A stretch of DNA of 62,333 nt from a bacterium (GTDB lineage: Bacteria; Electryoneota; AABM5-125-24; Hatepunaeales; Hatepunaeaceae): positions 1 to 62,333 of the forward strand of contig JABMRV010000161.1 of NCBI GenBank assembly GCA_013202285.1, in the 5' to 3' direction. This document shows positions 16,728 through 27,482 of the stretch, piece after piece. The translations under genes were made by a program, and so were the position numbers. Under the pieces are notes generated by a model, which saw only the letters and a program-made list of their open reading frames with translations, had not been told where the DNA came from and did no database searches. Position 1 is the stretch's first letter. Every line of letters starts with the position of its first letter.

Positions 16728-19070
16728 ATGTTCAGGTTTACGTATGTCGGTGGAATAGCTGCCATTATTGTCTTTATCATGATGTCATGTACATCAGAGC
16801 AGCCGACCTCACCTTTAGAATCTCTTCCCGATCGTTCCCTTAATCTAAAGATCACCCAGCTTGACAGCACAATTATCGCCGAGGAGGGTGAACTCTATCC
16901 TGCAGCCTTCGAAGTCATAGTCACAGATGAGGAGCATCTTCCCGCAGCGGATGTCGCGGTGATGATTGCCGTTGTATCCGGACCCGGTTCAGTCGCGCCC
17001 AACAGAGCGTTCTGCGATAGATCCGGCGTCGTGAGAGCCCTCTTCTACATGACCGTACCTTACGGTGATACGACCGTTACCATTCGAGCGTATGCAGGAA
17101 TCGATTCTACTTCTCACGAGATCGCAGTACATGGCGATGCCGCTCCCGCGGAGTTGTGGCTTTCTGCCTCCCCAGGTGAATTCCGACCCTTTTACGGTCG
17201 GGCTTATGAGGGTCGGGTGAACGCCGCCGTTTTCGACAGACGCGGAAATCCGATTCAAGGCAGGAATATCTCCTTTTTCCTATTGGACGGTGAGGCTGTC
17301 CTTCAGGGATACGATTTCTCCGATGAGCAGGGAGAAGCTGACGCATCTGTACAGCTTGACGGTCACTGGTTCGGTGTCCTGCAAATCGCCGCGGTGGTGA
17401 ATAGTAACAGTGCATCCGCTCAGTCGGTTGAAGATGCGCCTGCTTCGATTCTGAAGGACTATGTCCGAAAATCATTCAATATCTCCACCGCCGACAGTTA
17501 TATCTCTGATACCCTTGCGGTTAGAGTCACGCTTGCCTCAGAGGTCGGACTGCACATCTCCACCAGCGACACCATCATTTCGAATTACTTCCCGAAGAAC
17601 TGGATCGATATAACCGTTCGGTTGAGCGACGAGGCTGGACATCCCCTGCCGGGCGAAACGATCGAGTTCTCATCCGATCCGGAGTTTCTGCTCATTCAGC
17701 AGACGGCTTTCACCGATTGGGATGGTGTCATCATGACGCGGGCAGATCTGACCGGACAGGCGGGTATTACTACGATCACCGCCCGCTTCACGCCTCTGTA
17801 TCTCATTGATTCGCTGACAGTTGAGATACTCGACCGATGTCCGACGTCGTTAGTTATGATGATGATACCTGATACTATGGATCGAATCTGGGCGGATTCG
17901 ACCTATTCAATCACAGTGCGTGCCTTAGACGAAAACAACATGGGCATGGTCGGTGTGATGACCAAACTGGTCAGCATGATCGGCATGCGCGAATCGGAAC
18001 CTGTGTTTACGGATAACTCTGGACATGCAGCTCATAATTATACTCCTGTATCGGGGGGTATGGAGAGTCTCTATGCGATCACCGAACCAAGTGGAGTAAC
18101 CAGCGCACCGATTGAATTCAGGGTTTACGAGGAACCAGCGAGGTTCTCCAGTGAATTGATACGCTGCGGTGAAAACGACGAGTTCCGGGTCTATGATGTT
18201 TATGTCGGTGTGCTTGATACCAATGATGCGTTTGTACCGGGTGAAGAGATCAGGATGGTGATCGACATCGGCTGGCTGAGCGAAAACCAACTGATTACTG
18301 GTTCCGGCAGGGCGATGTTCTCTATCTTCCATGACCCGGATAGATCTGGTGGGGTAGCGACGCTCACCGTGATCTGGCGATCGAAGATTGGACATACAAC
18401 GATCAACCTTCCAGCTCGCCCCCGAACGGGACACATCGAGTATGACCTCAGCCCCAGTAGGATATCCCCGCCTGGTGTAGGTGCTTTGGATACAACGGCA
18501 CAGTTCACCTTGTGGATAGCAGATGATGAAGGGGATACTCTCAGGGATGTCTATGCCATTGGGAGGTTAAATTTGATGACTCGCTCGCCTCCACCGTGGG
18601 GTTGTACTATAGATGGCGAACTGTCTGCGGAGTTACACACCGAGCTTGGAGTAGCGAGAGCTACTATTTATTCGGGAACTTCTGCCGGTTCGAAATTGTT
18701 CACGATTAGATGTTGGCTGTATGAATCGCCGCAGGACACTATATCGCAATTATTGAGTTTACTGGTTAAACCCGGACCACCCGAGATAATCGAACTTGAC
18801 ATCCATGTCTGTCAGTCGGACAGGGAATATTACTACCTGATATATCCATCAGTTCGGTTGTATGACCGCCATAGAAATGCAGTCGAGGAGGCTGACCGGA
18901 TCAGTTATACGTATGTTCCTCCCGATGTAACGGTAGAGACTGAATCACTCCTTTACGGCGGTGAATTGGAGTGGAATTGGCAGCCGGGGAGCGATGTATC
19001 GGTGACTGCGGAGGTGGAATCGCACAACGTTCTATTGCGAGCTGAAAGGACTGTCCGCATTCCGCAGTGA
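16728..19070 (+). CDS. Large lipoprotein with repeated bacterial Ig-like (invasin/intimin Big-type) domains
   Basis: 780-aa ORF. The lipoprotein-type signal IIVFIMMSC is followed by serial ~90-aa beta-rich modules with recurring patterns (e.g. TD..G.A...). The function call is weak. Confidence 0.55.
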   Translation: MFRFTYVGGIAAIIVFIMMSCTSEQPTSPLESLPDRSLNLKITQLDSTIIAEEGELYPAAFEVIVTDEEHLPAADVAVMIAVVSGPGSVAPNRAFCDRSGVVRALFYMTVPYGDTTVTIRAYAGIDSTSHEIAVHGDAAPAELWLSASPGEFRPFYGRAYEGRVNAAVFDRRGNPIQGRNISFFLLDGEAVLQGYDFSDEQGEADASVQLDGHWFGVLQIAAVVNSNSASAQSVEDAPASILKDYVRKSFNISTADSYISDTLAVRVTLASEVGLHISTSDTIISNYFPKNWIDITVRLSDEAGHPLPGETIEFSSDPEFLLIQQTAFTDWDGVIMTRADLTGQAGITTITARFTPLYLIDSLTVEILDRCPTSLVMMMIPDTMDRIWADSTYSITVRALDENNMGMVGVMTKLVSMIGMRESEPVFTDNSGHAAHNYTPVSGGMESLYAITEPSGVTSAPIEFRVYEEPARFSSELIRCGENDEFRVYDVYVGVLDTNDAFVPGEEIRMVIDIGWLSENQLITGSGRAMFSIFHDPDRSGGVATLTVIWRSKIGHTTINLPARPRTGHIEYDLSPSRISPPGVGALDTTAQFTLWIADDEGDTLRDVYAIGRLNLMTRSPPPWGCTIDGELSAELHTELGVARATIYSGTSAGSKLFTIRCWLYESPQDTISQLLSLLVKPGPPEIIELDIHVCQSDREYYYLIYPSVRLYDRHRNAVEEADRISYTYVPPDVTVETESLLYGGELEWNWQPGSDVSVTAEVESHNVLLRAERTVRIPQ

Positions 19071-19165
19071 GGGCGGGTGGCATGGGTTATCCGGCAGTTG
19101 CCGGAACCTGTCAGGCAACCGACTGATTACCCATGTTTCATTACTTGATGTAACCCCCCCTGAGT

Positions 19166-19188
19166 CCCCCCCTACTCTGTAGGGGGGG
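19166..19188 (+). terminator. GC-rich hairpin downstream of the 16728..19070 gene (possible terminator, no U-tract)
   Basis: CCCCCCCTAC-TCT-GTAGGGGGGG forms a 10-bp perfect stem, preceded by a second C7 run at 19154-19160. Confidence 0.35.
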
Positions 19189-19248
19189 AGAGTTATATCG
19201 CTGAGTAACTACACAGTACAGAGACTGTAAAGAATAAGGAGCAGAAAG

Positions 19249-21393
19249 ATGTATAAACGTCTGATGTTGATTTTGGTTGCAGCGGTTGTAATAATGATTG
19301 TTTTTTCTCGAAAACCTTCAGCCGAACCGCCAACCTATTACATGCACCTCACCAATTTTGAAGTAACCAATTTCGATGAGATCATTTGGTTCTGGTCTTA
19401 TGATACACTTTATGGTCCGGTTCATTCCAACGGTTTCATAGGTATCAAATATTCGCCGCATTTCTACGGTCCGATCTCTACCTGTCAGTCCAGGTTTGAG
19501 TACTACGCCCCCGATCCGTATTTTGAATATGAGCCACAGTTTAATGCTCCACCTGTCTGGTTTCTAAGGCATTACCCATCAGATGACCTTGCCGATCTGA
19601 TTATCGATGATAACGATGGAAGATCGATAACCCGCGTCGTATTAAAGGGTGATGAGGGGATTGAAATTCACCAGTTCCCCATCGGCGCTCCCACCCCCGA
19701 GCCCGGTGAGGAGGATGAGCTGATCAGGAGATTGAATCCTCCGGAATGGCAGGTGTTGAAGATAAACGGTCAATGCGAAGTTTATGGTACTCTTGTTGGT
19801 CGGTTGACTATAAGCTCATCCGGTGATATGTACCTGATTGATAACATACTCTATGAGGGTGCCGATCCATATACCGGGGAATACGACGAGGAGGAGATGG
19901 ATCACATACTCGGTCTTGCATCCGGAGGGGATATCATTATCAAGGATAATGAGAAAAATGGCGCTAATGACGGCTTCAATCGGTATGATGAAGATGACAT
20001 CGATCATCATTCCATTACCATAAACGGTTCTTTAATAGCGTGGGATGAATCGTTTACCTTCGAGCATCAAAATGATGACTGGGAACCTTACCAGGGACCT
20101 GAACCCGATCAGCGGGGTATAATCCACTTAAAAGGGAGCCTTGCTCAATGGCGTCGTGGTTATGTGCATCGATCGAATCACTGGGCTACCGGTTACAGTA
20201 AAAACTATGATTATGATCAGCGATTGATGGAAGATGCTCCACCCGGCTTTGAACCGGAATATTATCCCTATGTCCGCGGCAGTTACGATGTGCTGGAACT
20301 GTCTCATGGACCCTATACTTTCATCGATGTAAGTGTCAGAAAGCTGATTATCAACGCCGGAGTGACGATAAAAATCTATGACGACGATGTTTTAAGAGTC
20401 AGGGATACGCTATTGATCAGAGGCACGGAGGATGAACCTGTTACGATAACAACTTATAGAGATACCTTTGACATTCATATCGAAATGGAACCTGAGCAGG
20501 CTTCACTTGTATCCATTCGTCAGGCGCGGTTTTCCCCAAATTTTAACTTCTGGTTCGATGCAGACCGAATCGATATAGAACGCAGCAGTTTTGGAGGCGA
20601 CCTGTATTTGAACGGCAGAGTTAATTTTTGCCGGAATAATTGCGAATCAGAGGTCGTTCTGACCGGGCAGGATTATGCGCTGGTTGAAGAGAATATACTC
20701 CGCGGAGGATTATCGATCGATGGCGAGGATTTGCATGTCAGGATTTACAATAACACCATTGTCGGCAACCGCGGTTCAGGGATCAGTGCGATAAATTTCG
20801 GAATACTTGAAGCCTTCAACAACATTATCGCCTTTAATGACAAGGGGATAGATAATCGAAATCGACAATGCGCTGAACCGGTGTTAAGATATAACGATGT
20901 TTACGGTAATCCGGACGGTAATTACCTGGATTGTGAACCGGGCGAGGGTTCAATCTCTGCCGATCCGCTATTCCTCGATTTCAGGAGTGAGGATTATCGT
21001 CTAATCTGGGGATCACCCTGCATAGATGCGGGAGATCCTGCGTTTCCCCGCGATCCGGACGGTTCGGTAATAGAGATGGGAGCGCACTATTTTGACAGCG
21101 AGTTGACCGTCAAATCGCGACCGGAATTGATAAGTGAGTGCAGGCTCGATGCCATGCCCAATCCGTTCAACCGGAGGACATACCTGACATTCAATTCCGA
21201 GCTTCCGGGGCTGGCACATATCAGTATTTACGATTTACAGGGACGAAGGATTTACGAGGATTTCAAGTATGTCGAGACCGTGAGCAACCGCATTGTCCTC
21301 GACGGCAGGGATCTCGGCGGTGCGGGCGTCTATCTTGCGCGGGTGACGACTGCAGGCAGCGAACGGGCGATAAAGCTTGTGTATCTGCCGTAG
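19249..21393 (+). CDS. Secreted right-handed beta-helix repeat protein with T9SS C-terminal sorting domain
   Basis: 714-aa ORF with an N-terminal TM/signal and AAGGAG RBS. Parallel beta-helix-type repeats (NNTIVGNRGSGISA, NNIIAFNDKGI) and SPCIDAGDP motifs. C-terminal sorting domain: MPNPFNRRTYLTF...GVYLARVTTAGSERAIKLVYLP. Confidence 0.7.
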   Translation: MYKRLMLILVAAVVIMIVFSRKPSAEPPTYYMHLTNFEVTNFDEIIWFWSYDTLYGPVHSNGFIGIKYSPHFYGPISTCQSRFEYYAPDPYFEYEPQFNAPPVWFLRHYPSDDLADLIIDDNDGRSITRVVLKGDEGIEIHQFPIGAPTPEPGEEDELIRRLNPPEWQVLKINGQCEVYGTLVGRLTISSSGDMYLIDNILYEGADPYTGEYDEEEMDHILGLASGGDIIIKDNEKNGANDGFNRYDEDDIDHHSITINGSLIAWDESFTFEHQNDDWEPYQGPEPDQRGIIHLKGSLAQWRRGYVHRSNHWATGYSKNYDYDQRLMEDAPPGFEPEYYPYVRGSYDVLELSHGPYTFIDVSVRKLIINAGVTIKIYDDDVLRVRDTLLIRGTEDEPVTITTYRDTFDIHIEMEPEQASLVSIRQARFSPNFNFWFDADRIDIERSSFGGDLYLNGRVNFCRNNCESEVVLTGQDYALVEENILRGGLSIDGEDLHVRIYNNTIVGNRGSGISAINFGILEAFNNIIAFNDKGIDNRNRQCAEPVLRYNDVYGNPDGNYLDCEPGEGSISADPLFLDFRSEDYRLIWGSPCIDAGDPAFPRDPDGSVIEMGAHYFDSELTVKSRPELISECRLDAMPNPFNRRTYLTFNSELPGLAHISIYDLQGRRIYEDFKYVETVSNRIVLDGRDLGGAGVYLARVTTAGSERAIKLVYLP

Positions 21394-21458
21394 TATTATC
21401 AACAATTTCCCACATCGTCGTTCCGGCGAAACAGACTGTCCGAGAATGATGCCTAAGC

Positions 21459-21484
21459 GGTGTCAGCTCTCTGCGGCTGACACC
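21459..21484. terminator. Hairpin between convergent genes (possible bidirectional terminator)
   Basis: GGTGTCAGC-TCTCTGCG-GCTGACACC forms a 9-bp stem. No clear U-tract. Confidence 0.35.
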
Positions 21485-21563
21485 ATATACTCACAATATT
21501 CAAATGCTTAGCTGTCAACCGCTGAGGGTTATAGACGCTTTACGGTGACAGCGGGTTATATTC

Positions 21564-22691
21564 TCAATACCTCAACAACGCCCCGATTCCCCCCACCTTA
21601 ACCAACCTCGGCGCCTTCTCTAACATATCGATGCGCGCTCCCTGATCCATCGCCTTCTGAATGGCAAGATCGAGCATATAATTCACTTTCCTCATCTCAC
21701 CGCCGCAGAACGGGCAGGGTCGATCTCTCTCTGTCGTCAGTGCGGAACAGACCTTGCACACCATCCCCGGTGAAACCATGTTCGACATCACGTACAGCTT
21801 GTGTACGTTGCCCTGCTGTATAGCATCCAGCACGTCCGACAACCCTAAGACTGCGCCAGCGCCGCCTCCGCCGGTGCTGAACAGTTCATCTAACGCCTGG
21901 CGTTCGAACTTGTACTCGATCTCCTTCATCAACGGCAGGCAGCGTTTTAGAACATCAGTAGGTGAAGCGTTGTATTCCACGGCAAAATCACCGACAACCC
22001 TCTCCTTCAGATCGCCGGGCAGCCATTCCTCGAAACGACCGCGCGCCGATTCAGTTCCTCCGAGGAGAATGCGTTTGATTCCCTCATCACGACGGAAACT
22101 GTTGATGACGTTGGTTAATTCCCTGTAGAGTTGTTTCCGGCTCGTATCCTTCTTTTTACGGGCGCGTACTTCGCCCATATCGCCGGAGCTACCGTCTCTG
22201 GTAGGATCTGTTTTCGGACGCGGATTAATTATAATCTTTATCTCTTCGATCTGTCCCATATCGGCAATCAGCACCCTGGCGCGTTCTCCACGTACCACGA
22301 TTACCAGGTAACGCTGGTACAGATCTACCATCGCAGCTAAAGGCTTGATATACGGATCATGGTCAATAATCATTTGATTGGTGAAGGGCATGGCGGTGTG
22401 ATATATGCGCCAGAAATCGTCTGCCTGACTGCTGAACAGCGCCAAGCCCCGCCTTAAACCCTCCGGTCGGTCTTTCAAGTATCGTTCAATTCTAACAATA
22501 TCCGGTTTGACTGATTTTTTATCCTCCGGTTTCATTTTTTTTGTAGTATCACGTGCAAGATTCTTAAACTGCAGTAACCATTCATCTTTTTTTAGTTTGT
22601 TCTTCGGATCAACATCGAGAAAGAGACTAATGAAAAACTTGTCACGCATAACGTGTGACGCCAGTTCTTTCAGTTCTTTCCTGGTGAGCAT
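21564..22691 (-). CDS. Bacterial eRF1/Pelota-like (baeRF family) protein with C-terminal Zn ribbon
   Basis: 375-aa ORF with GGAGG RBS. N-terminal FISLFLDVDPKN is typical of baeRF families. The central region parallels the eRF1 M-domain (DGSSGDMGEVRARKKK...YRELTNVINSF...IKRILLGGTESARGRF). The C-domain has VLGLSDVLDAIQQGNVHKLYV plus CKVC...CPFC. Confidence 0.6.
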   Translation of the reverse strand: MLTRKELKELASHVMRDKFFISLFLDVDPKNKLKKDEWLLQFKNLARDTTKKMKPEDKKSVKPDIVRIERYLKDRPEGLRRGLALFSSQADDFWRIYHTAMPFTNQMIIDHDPYIKPLAAMVDLYQRYLVIVVRGERARVLIADMGQIEEIKIIINPRPKTDPTRDGSSGDMGEVRARKKKDTSRKQLYRELTNVINSFRRDEGIKRILLGGTESARGRFEEWLPGDLKERVVGDFAVEYNASPTDVLKRCLPLMKEIEYKFERQALDELFSTGGGGAGAVLGLSDVLDAIQQGNVHKLYVMSNMVSPGMVCKVCSALTTERDRPCPFCGGEMRKVNYMLDLAIQKAMDQGARIDMLEKAPRLVKVGGIGALLRY

Positions 22692-22894
22692 GGGCTTTCC
22701 TCCGGATTTGTTAAATGGATTGAAGTACAGGAGTGAGGCTGAGACACGTCTATCCTGCTGGTAGTTGGAAACGGTGAGTTATTGGGAATTATCATTGGGT
22801 GGATAATTGATAATTCAAATTATATGAAGGAGATATACGACAATAAATTGCTCCTCTATATATGATACGTAGCAGTGTTGAATGAGTTGTTAAT

Positions 22895-23494
22895 TCAGGC
22901 AGATTTCACTTTCGTTACGTTTGAACCGGAGCACATTTCCCTGACGAAATAGCTGTGGATGCGCACATCGCCGGTCAGCTCAGGATGAAAAGCCGTTATC
23001 AGGATGTTCTCCTGTCTCGCCATCACCGGATCATTCTCAAACTCAGCCAGAACATCGACGGAATGACCGGCATTGATCAGTCTGGGAGCCCGGATGAACA
23101 CACCGTCGAACTCCCCTTCAAATCCCTTGATTCGCAGAGGTGCGACGAATGAATCGATCTGCCTCCCGTAACCGTTTCTTATGACCTTTATATCTATTAA
23201 ACCCCAGCCGAGCGGAGAAGTTCCGCTGGCGTTTCCAAGCAGGATTGCTCCGGCGCAGGTTCCCCATGCCGGTAGTCCGCCGCGCAGTTCTCTGAGCAGG
23301 CTGTCGCCGAGTTCACTCTCGTCAAGAATAATCCGGAATGTCGTCGACTCGCCTCCGGGAATGATGATTCCAGCGAGGTTTTTCAGGTCGGCGACATGCC
23401 TCACTTCAATGGGTTTGACACCGATTTCTCTGAGGATTCCGGCATGCAGGCTGAAAGAACCCTGCACGGCGAGAATGCCGATTCGCATTACCAT
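22895..23494 (-). CDS. pdxT: Pyridoxal 5'-phosphate synthase glutaminase subunit
   Basis: [12 protein letters not shown]...IIPGGESTT...GTCAGAILL...AFHPE. The alternative start at 23488 gives a TAATG overlap with pdxS. Confidence 0.95.
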   Translation of the reverse strand: MVMRIGILAVQGSFSLHAGILREIGVKPIEVRHVADLKNLAGIIIPGGESTTFRIILDESELGDSLLRELRGGLPAWGTCAGAILLGNASGTSPLGWGLIDIKVIRNGYGRQIDSFVAPLRIKGFEGEFDGVFIRAPRLINAGHSVDVLAEFENDPVMARQENILITAFHPELTGDVRIHSYFVREMCSGSNVTKVKSA

Positions 23495-24399
23495 CCCCGG
23501 TTCTGCAGCATCTCTTCTTCTGGGATCTGGGCGATTTCAAGCCCCGGCATTGCGTCGCCCAAGTCACGGCTGGCAGTTAGAACTTCGGCGGCATCCTGGT
23601 AGTGAGTGGTGGCATGTACGATTGCCCGGGCACGGTTTGCGGGATCAGACGATTTGAATATTCCGGAACCTACGAAGACTGTTTCGGCGCCGAGCCTCAT
23701 CATCATTGCCGCATCAGCCGGAGTGGCGAGACCTCCTGCGGCAAAGTTCGGCACCGGCAGTTTACCCGTTTCGGCAACCTTGAGGACGATCTCGTAAGGT
23801 GCTCCCATCCGCTTTGCTTCCGCCATCAACTCATCCTTTCGCATTAAAGTGAGGTTCCGCATTTCACTCTGTACCTGCCTCATGTGACGAACCGCTTCGA
23901 CAACATTTCCCGTTCCAGCCTCGCCCTTGGTGCGGATCATAGCCGCGCCTTCTCCGATACGGCGTAAGGCTTCGTCCAGGCAGGTGCAGCCGCAGACGAA
24001 CGGCACGCGGAAATCGTGCTTGTAAACGTGGTTGCTCTCGTCCGCAGGTGTCAGTACTTCGGACTCGTCTATGAAATCGACTCCCAATTCCTGCAGTATT
24101 TCCGCTTCCATGAAATGCCCGATGCGCACTTTAGCCATCACCGGAATGGAGACCGTGTGCATTATCTCTTCAAGCACCTTTATGGATGACATGCGAGCCA
24201 CACCGCCATCTTTGCGTATATCGGAAGGGACTCGTTCCAGCGCCATAACAGCCACTCCTCCGGTGTCTTCAGCGATACGCGCCTGTTCGGCATTGGTCAC
24301 ATCCATAATCACACCGCCTTTGAGCATCTCGGCTAATCCGACCTTCAGCAGGAAGCTGTCTTTGACGGGTTCAGGTTTAGGTAAGGTTTTATCGTTCAT
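23488..24399 (-). CDS. pdxS: Pyridoxal 5'-phosphate synthase lyase subunit
   Basis: 303-aa ORF with [38 protein letters not shown] and [12 protein letters not shown]. Confidence 0.97.
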   Translation of the reverse strand: MNDKTLPKPEPVKDSFLLKVGLAEMLKGGVIMDVTNAEQARIAEDTGGVAVMALERVPSDIRKDGGVARMSSIKVLEEIMHTVSIPVMAKVRIGHFMEAEILQELGVDFIDESEVLTPADESNHVYKHDFRVPFVCGCTCLDEALRRIGEGAAMIRTKGEAGTGNVVEAVRHMRQVQSEMRNLTLMRKDELMAEAKRMGAPYEIVLKVAETGKLPVPNFAAGGLATPADAAMMMRLGAETVFVGSGIFKSSDPANRARAIVHATTHYQDAAEVLTASRDLGDAMPGLEIAQIPEEEMLQNRGW

Positions 24400-24453
24400 T
24401 TATTATCCTTTTAATTGAATATTTGTATTGAATTACTTACTAATTCAGGAGCA

Positions 24454-25011
24454 TCAACTTAAGTGCTCGATTAATATTTTAACGCCGATTCCAACAAGCA
24501 TTACTCCACCGAAGAGTTCAATTTTCTTTCCGAACAACACACCAACTTTTTCACCGATGAAAACACCGGTGAAGGACAATATAAATGTCACCACTCCGAT
24601 GATAATCGCTGCACCTACAATAGGAGCATCGAGAAAGGAATAACTTAATCCGACAGCGGCAGCATCGATGCTGGTGGCGACTGAGAGCGCGAGAAGTGTC
24701 GATATTGCCAGTGGATTTATTATTGATTTATCACCCTTTTTTCTGCTTGCGTTAATAATCATTTTCCCGCCGACGAAACAGAGTAGTCCGAAGGCAACCC
24801 AATGATCGAAGTTGCAGATCAAGGCGTGGAGATTCTCGCCTGCCAGCCAGCCGAGGACCGGCATCACTGCCTGAAATAATCCAAAGAACGTTCCCAGAAG
24901 GAGAGCATGACGCAGTCCGGGATTTTTTATAATAACGCCGCTGGCAATCGATACGGCAGTGGCGTCCATAGCCAGACCCACCGCGATAAATAAAGTTGTT
25001 ATTAGATTCAA
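24454..25011 (-). CDS. mntP: Manganese efflux pump MntP family protein
   Basis: 185-aa ORF with a TTG start and 6 predicted TM helices. Duplicated motif: GLAMDATAVSIASG / ATSIDAAAVGLS. Confidence 0.8.
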   Translation of the reverse strand: MNLITTLFIAVGLAMDATAVSIASGVIIKNPGLRHALLLGTFFGLFQAVMPVLGWLAGENLHALICNFDHWVAFGLLCFVGGKMIINASRKKGDKSIINPLAISTLLALSVATSIDAAAVGLSYSFLDAPIVGAAIIIGVVTFILSFTGVFIGEKVGVLFGKKIELFGGVMLVGIGVKILIEHLS

Positions 25012-25307
25012 TTCTTAAGTGTGTTCACCTGTATTAATACTACCTGAAAATCTGAATAACTGAAAGTTTTAAGTTTAATTTTCGCGGCTTTATCTTGTCC
25101 ACCTGAAACTTGTTTGTTAGAAGGGTGAAGTGATATTAAATTACTTGTGCTGATTAAGTTTGATGTAACCTTAAAATATAGCCTTGATGAACCTTCAAGT
25201 CAAGTGAGTTTTTTGACTCCGGGTTCTCTCAGACAGGCATATTACTGCACATTCAGGTTACAGTTTCCATATCAGTTTAACACCAACGTACAAAACGAGG
25301 TTTTTAT

Positions 25308-26279
25308 TTGTTAAAACGAATACAACTGGCTAATATACCCACCCCCTTACATAGACTGAATAAGCTCTCGGAACTCTGGGAGAGCGATATCTGGATTAAG
25401 CGTGACGACCTGACCGGTTCGGGTCTCATGGGAAACAAGGTTCGTAAGCTGGAATACCTGCTTGCAGATGCATCAGAGAAGGGCGCCGATACCGTCATCA
25501 CGGCAGGCGGTATGCAATCCAATCATTGCCGAGCTGTGGCTATTGCCTGTGCACAATTAGGCTTCAAGTGCAGGCTCCTGCTGAGAGGAAATACTCCCTC
25601 CGATTTTGACGGTAACCTGATGCTCGACAAACTCGCCGGTGCGCAGATGCACTTTATTACTGAAGAGGAGTACTATTCCAATCTTCCATCTGAATTCAAC
25701 CGTATTGCAGAGGAGGTCCGAAGCGAGGGAGGCAGGGCTTACATGATCCCTGAGGGTGGATCTAATGCAATCGGAGCCTGGGGTTATGTTGAAGCGCTTC
25801 GGGAATTGCGCAAGCAGTGTTTCAGCAGTAAAATCTTCCCGGATCGCATTATCTGTGCTACCGGTTCCGGCGGGACACATGCGGGTCTGTTGATGGGAGC
25901 GCTTCTCGAGAACTGGGATGTCGAGATCGACTCGGTCAGTGTCTGTTACGACCATGATGAGACAATTCGGATAGTGCTGGAAATAATTGACAGCTCAATC
26001 GATCTGCATAAACTTGATATTTGTGTCAGCAGACAGGATATCAAGGTTATCGATGGATATATCGGAGAGGGATATGCAAAGGCGGGACGTGAAGTCTTCG
26101 ACCTGATAACCGAAGTCGTGCGCAATGAAGGTATATTTGTAGATCCGGTCTATACAGGTAAAGCTATGCTGGCGTTGAAACAGGAGACTGCAAAGGGTAA
26201 TATGAAAGGAACGACACTGTTCTGGCATACGGGCGGTTTGTTCGGACTGTTTCCTTTCAGGAACGAGTTGACAGGATAA
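25308..26279 (+). CDS. PLP-dependent ACC deaminase / D-cysteine desulfhydrase family enzyme
   Basis: 323-aa ORF with a TTG start. TPLHRL...IWIKRDDLTGSGLMGNKVRKLEYLL includes the PLP-Lys motif; ITAGGMQSNHCRA is also present. Confidence 0.85.
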   Translation: MLKRIQLANIPTPLHRLNKLSELWESDIWIKRDDLTGSGLMGNKVRKLEYLLADASEKGADTVITAGGMQSNHCRAVAIACAQLGFKCRLLLRGNTPSDFDGNLMLDKLAGAQMHFITEEEYYSNLPSEFNRIAEEVRSEGGRAYMIPEGGSNAIGAWGYVEALRELRKQCFSSKIFPDRIICATGSGGTHAGLLMGALLENWDVEIDSVSVCYDHDETIRIVLEIIDSSIDLHKLDICVSRQDIKVIDGYIGEGYAKAGREVFDLITEVVRNEGIFVDPVYTGKAMLALKQETAKGNMKGTTLFWHTGGLFGLFPFRNELTG

Positions 26280-26280
26280 T

Positions 26281-27477
26281 ATGCAACTGCTGTTAATTAT
26301 AGGCTTGACGCTTCTCCTTGGACAGGTCGGGGCATCGCTTCTCAGGCGGATAAAGATTCCCCAGGTGGTCGGTTACATCCTGATGGGAGTTCTATTAGGG
26401 AAGTCCGTATTCGGCTTGCTTGAACCGAAAGAACTGGAGATGGTGACCAGCATAGCTTTAGGATTGATAGGTTACACCATCGGTTCACAGCTTCGCATCA
26501 GTCAACTGCGAAAGTTGGGGCGCAGCATACTTATGATTTCATTCTTTGAGGCTTTCTCGGCATTTATGCTGGTTACGCTTGCTGTCTGGCTGATCACAGG
26601 CAAGCTTTATCAAGGTCTCATCTTCGGCGCCCTGGCTTCAGCCACAGCCCCGGCTGCGACAATCGATGTTCTCGAAGAGTACCGTTGCCGAGGTACTCTC
26701 ACCACCACTATTTATGCCGTGGTGGGAATAGATGACGGTATTGCGCTGATTATTTACTCAATAGCATCATCCTTTGCCGTAATGCTCTACCAGCCGGAGG
26801 CGGGAGTCGGTCTGGCAGCATCGCTGATCGAACCGATTCGCGAGTTAGGCGGTAGTATCCTGTTCGGTGCGATACTTGGGGTCATATTCGCCAGAATATT
26901 GTCATTCTTCTCGCTGCATGGCGAGAGGCTGTCTGTCACATTAGCGATAGTGTTTGTGGGATGCGGTCTGTCAGAGCAGTTTCATCTCTCGCTGATTATG
27001 ACCAACATGGTGATCGGAATCGTGGTGGGAAACATGGTCCCCCGCCAGTCACGACGTCTAAGTGAGATAATAACCGGATTTACACCGCCGGTTTACATAC
27101 TTTTCTTCGCTCTGGTCGGCGCACGTCTCGATATAAGTCTGTTACCGTTGATGGGTCCGCTCGGTCTGATTTATATAATTGCGCGTGCCGTGGGCAAGTT
27201 CGGAGGTTCATATCTGGGGGCAAGATTGTCAAATGCCGAGGCGGTAGTGAGGAAATACCTCGGACTGGCGTTGTTCTCTCAAGCTGGAGTAGCCATCGGA
27301 CTGGCGATTGCCGCTTCTTCCGATTTCGCAAGAGTGGGTCCCGAAGGAGAGAAGTTCGGGAATCTCGTAATTAATACAATCACCGCCACCACCTTCGTTG
27401 TGCAGATGATCGGTCCATCTCTCACACGCCTTGCCGTTTTCAAGGCTGGTGAGGCAAGAGATGTTCAGAAACGATAA
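26281..27477 (+). CDS. Cation:proton antiporter (CPA2 / Kef-type Na+/H+ exchanger family)
   Basis: 398-aa polytopic membrane ORF. N-terminal LLLGQVGASLLRRIKIPQVVGYILMGVLLG is typical of the family. It starts 1 nt after the upstream stop. Confidence 0.8.
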   Translation: MQLLLIIGLTLLLGQVGASLLRRIKIPQVVGYILMGVLLGKSVFGLLEPKELEMVTSIALGLIGYTIGSQLRISQLRKLGRSILMISFFEAFSAFMLVTLAVWLITGKLYQGLIFGALASATAPAATIDVLEEYRCRGTLTTTIYAVVGIDDGIALIIYSIASSFAVMLYQPEAGVGLAASLIEPIRELGGSILFGAILGVIFARILSFFSLHGERLSVTLAIVFVGCGLSEQFHLSLIMTNMVIGIVVGNMVPRQSRRLSEIITGFTPPVYILFFALVGARLDISLLPLMGPLGLIYIIARAVGKFGGSYLGARLSNAEAVVRKYLGLALFSQAGVAIGLAIAASSDFARVGPEGEKFGNLVINTITATTFVVQMIGPSLTRLAVFKAGEARDVQKR

Positions 27478-27482
27478 ACCTG

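Noticed and set aside
25012-25307. Possible yybP-ykoY manganese riboswitch upstream of mntP
   Set aside because: I read the reverse complement of the whole 296-nt leader. The conserved GGGGAGUAG and UUGACAUA/AGCAAGACC-type segments of that riboswitch are absent. A covariance-model scan would be decisive, but nothing supports it by eye.
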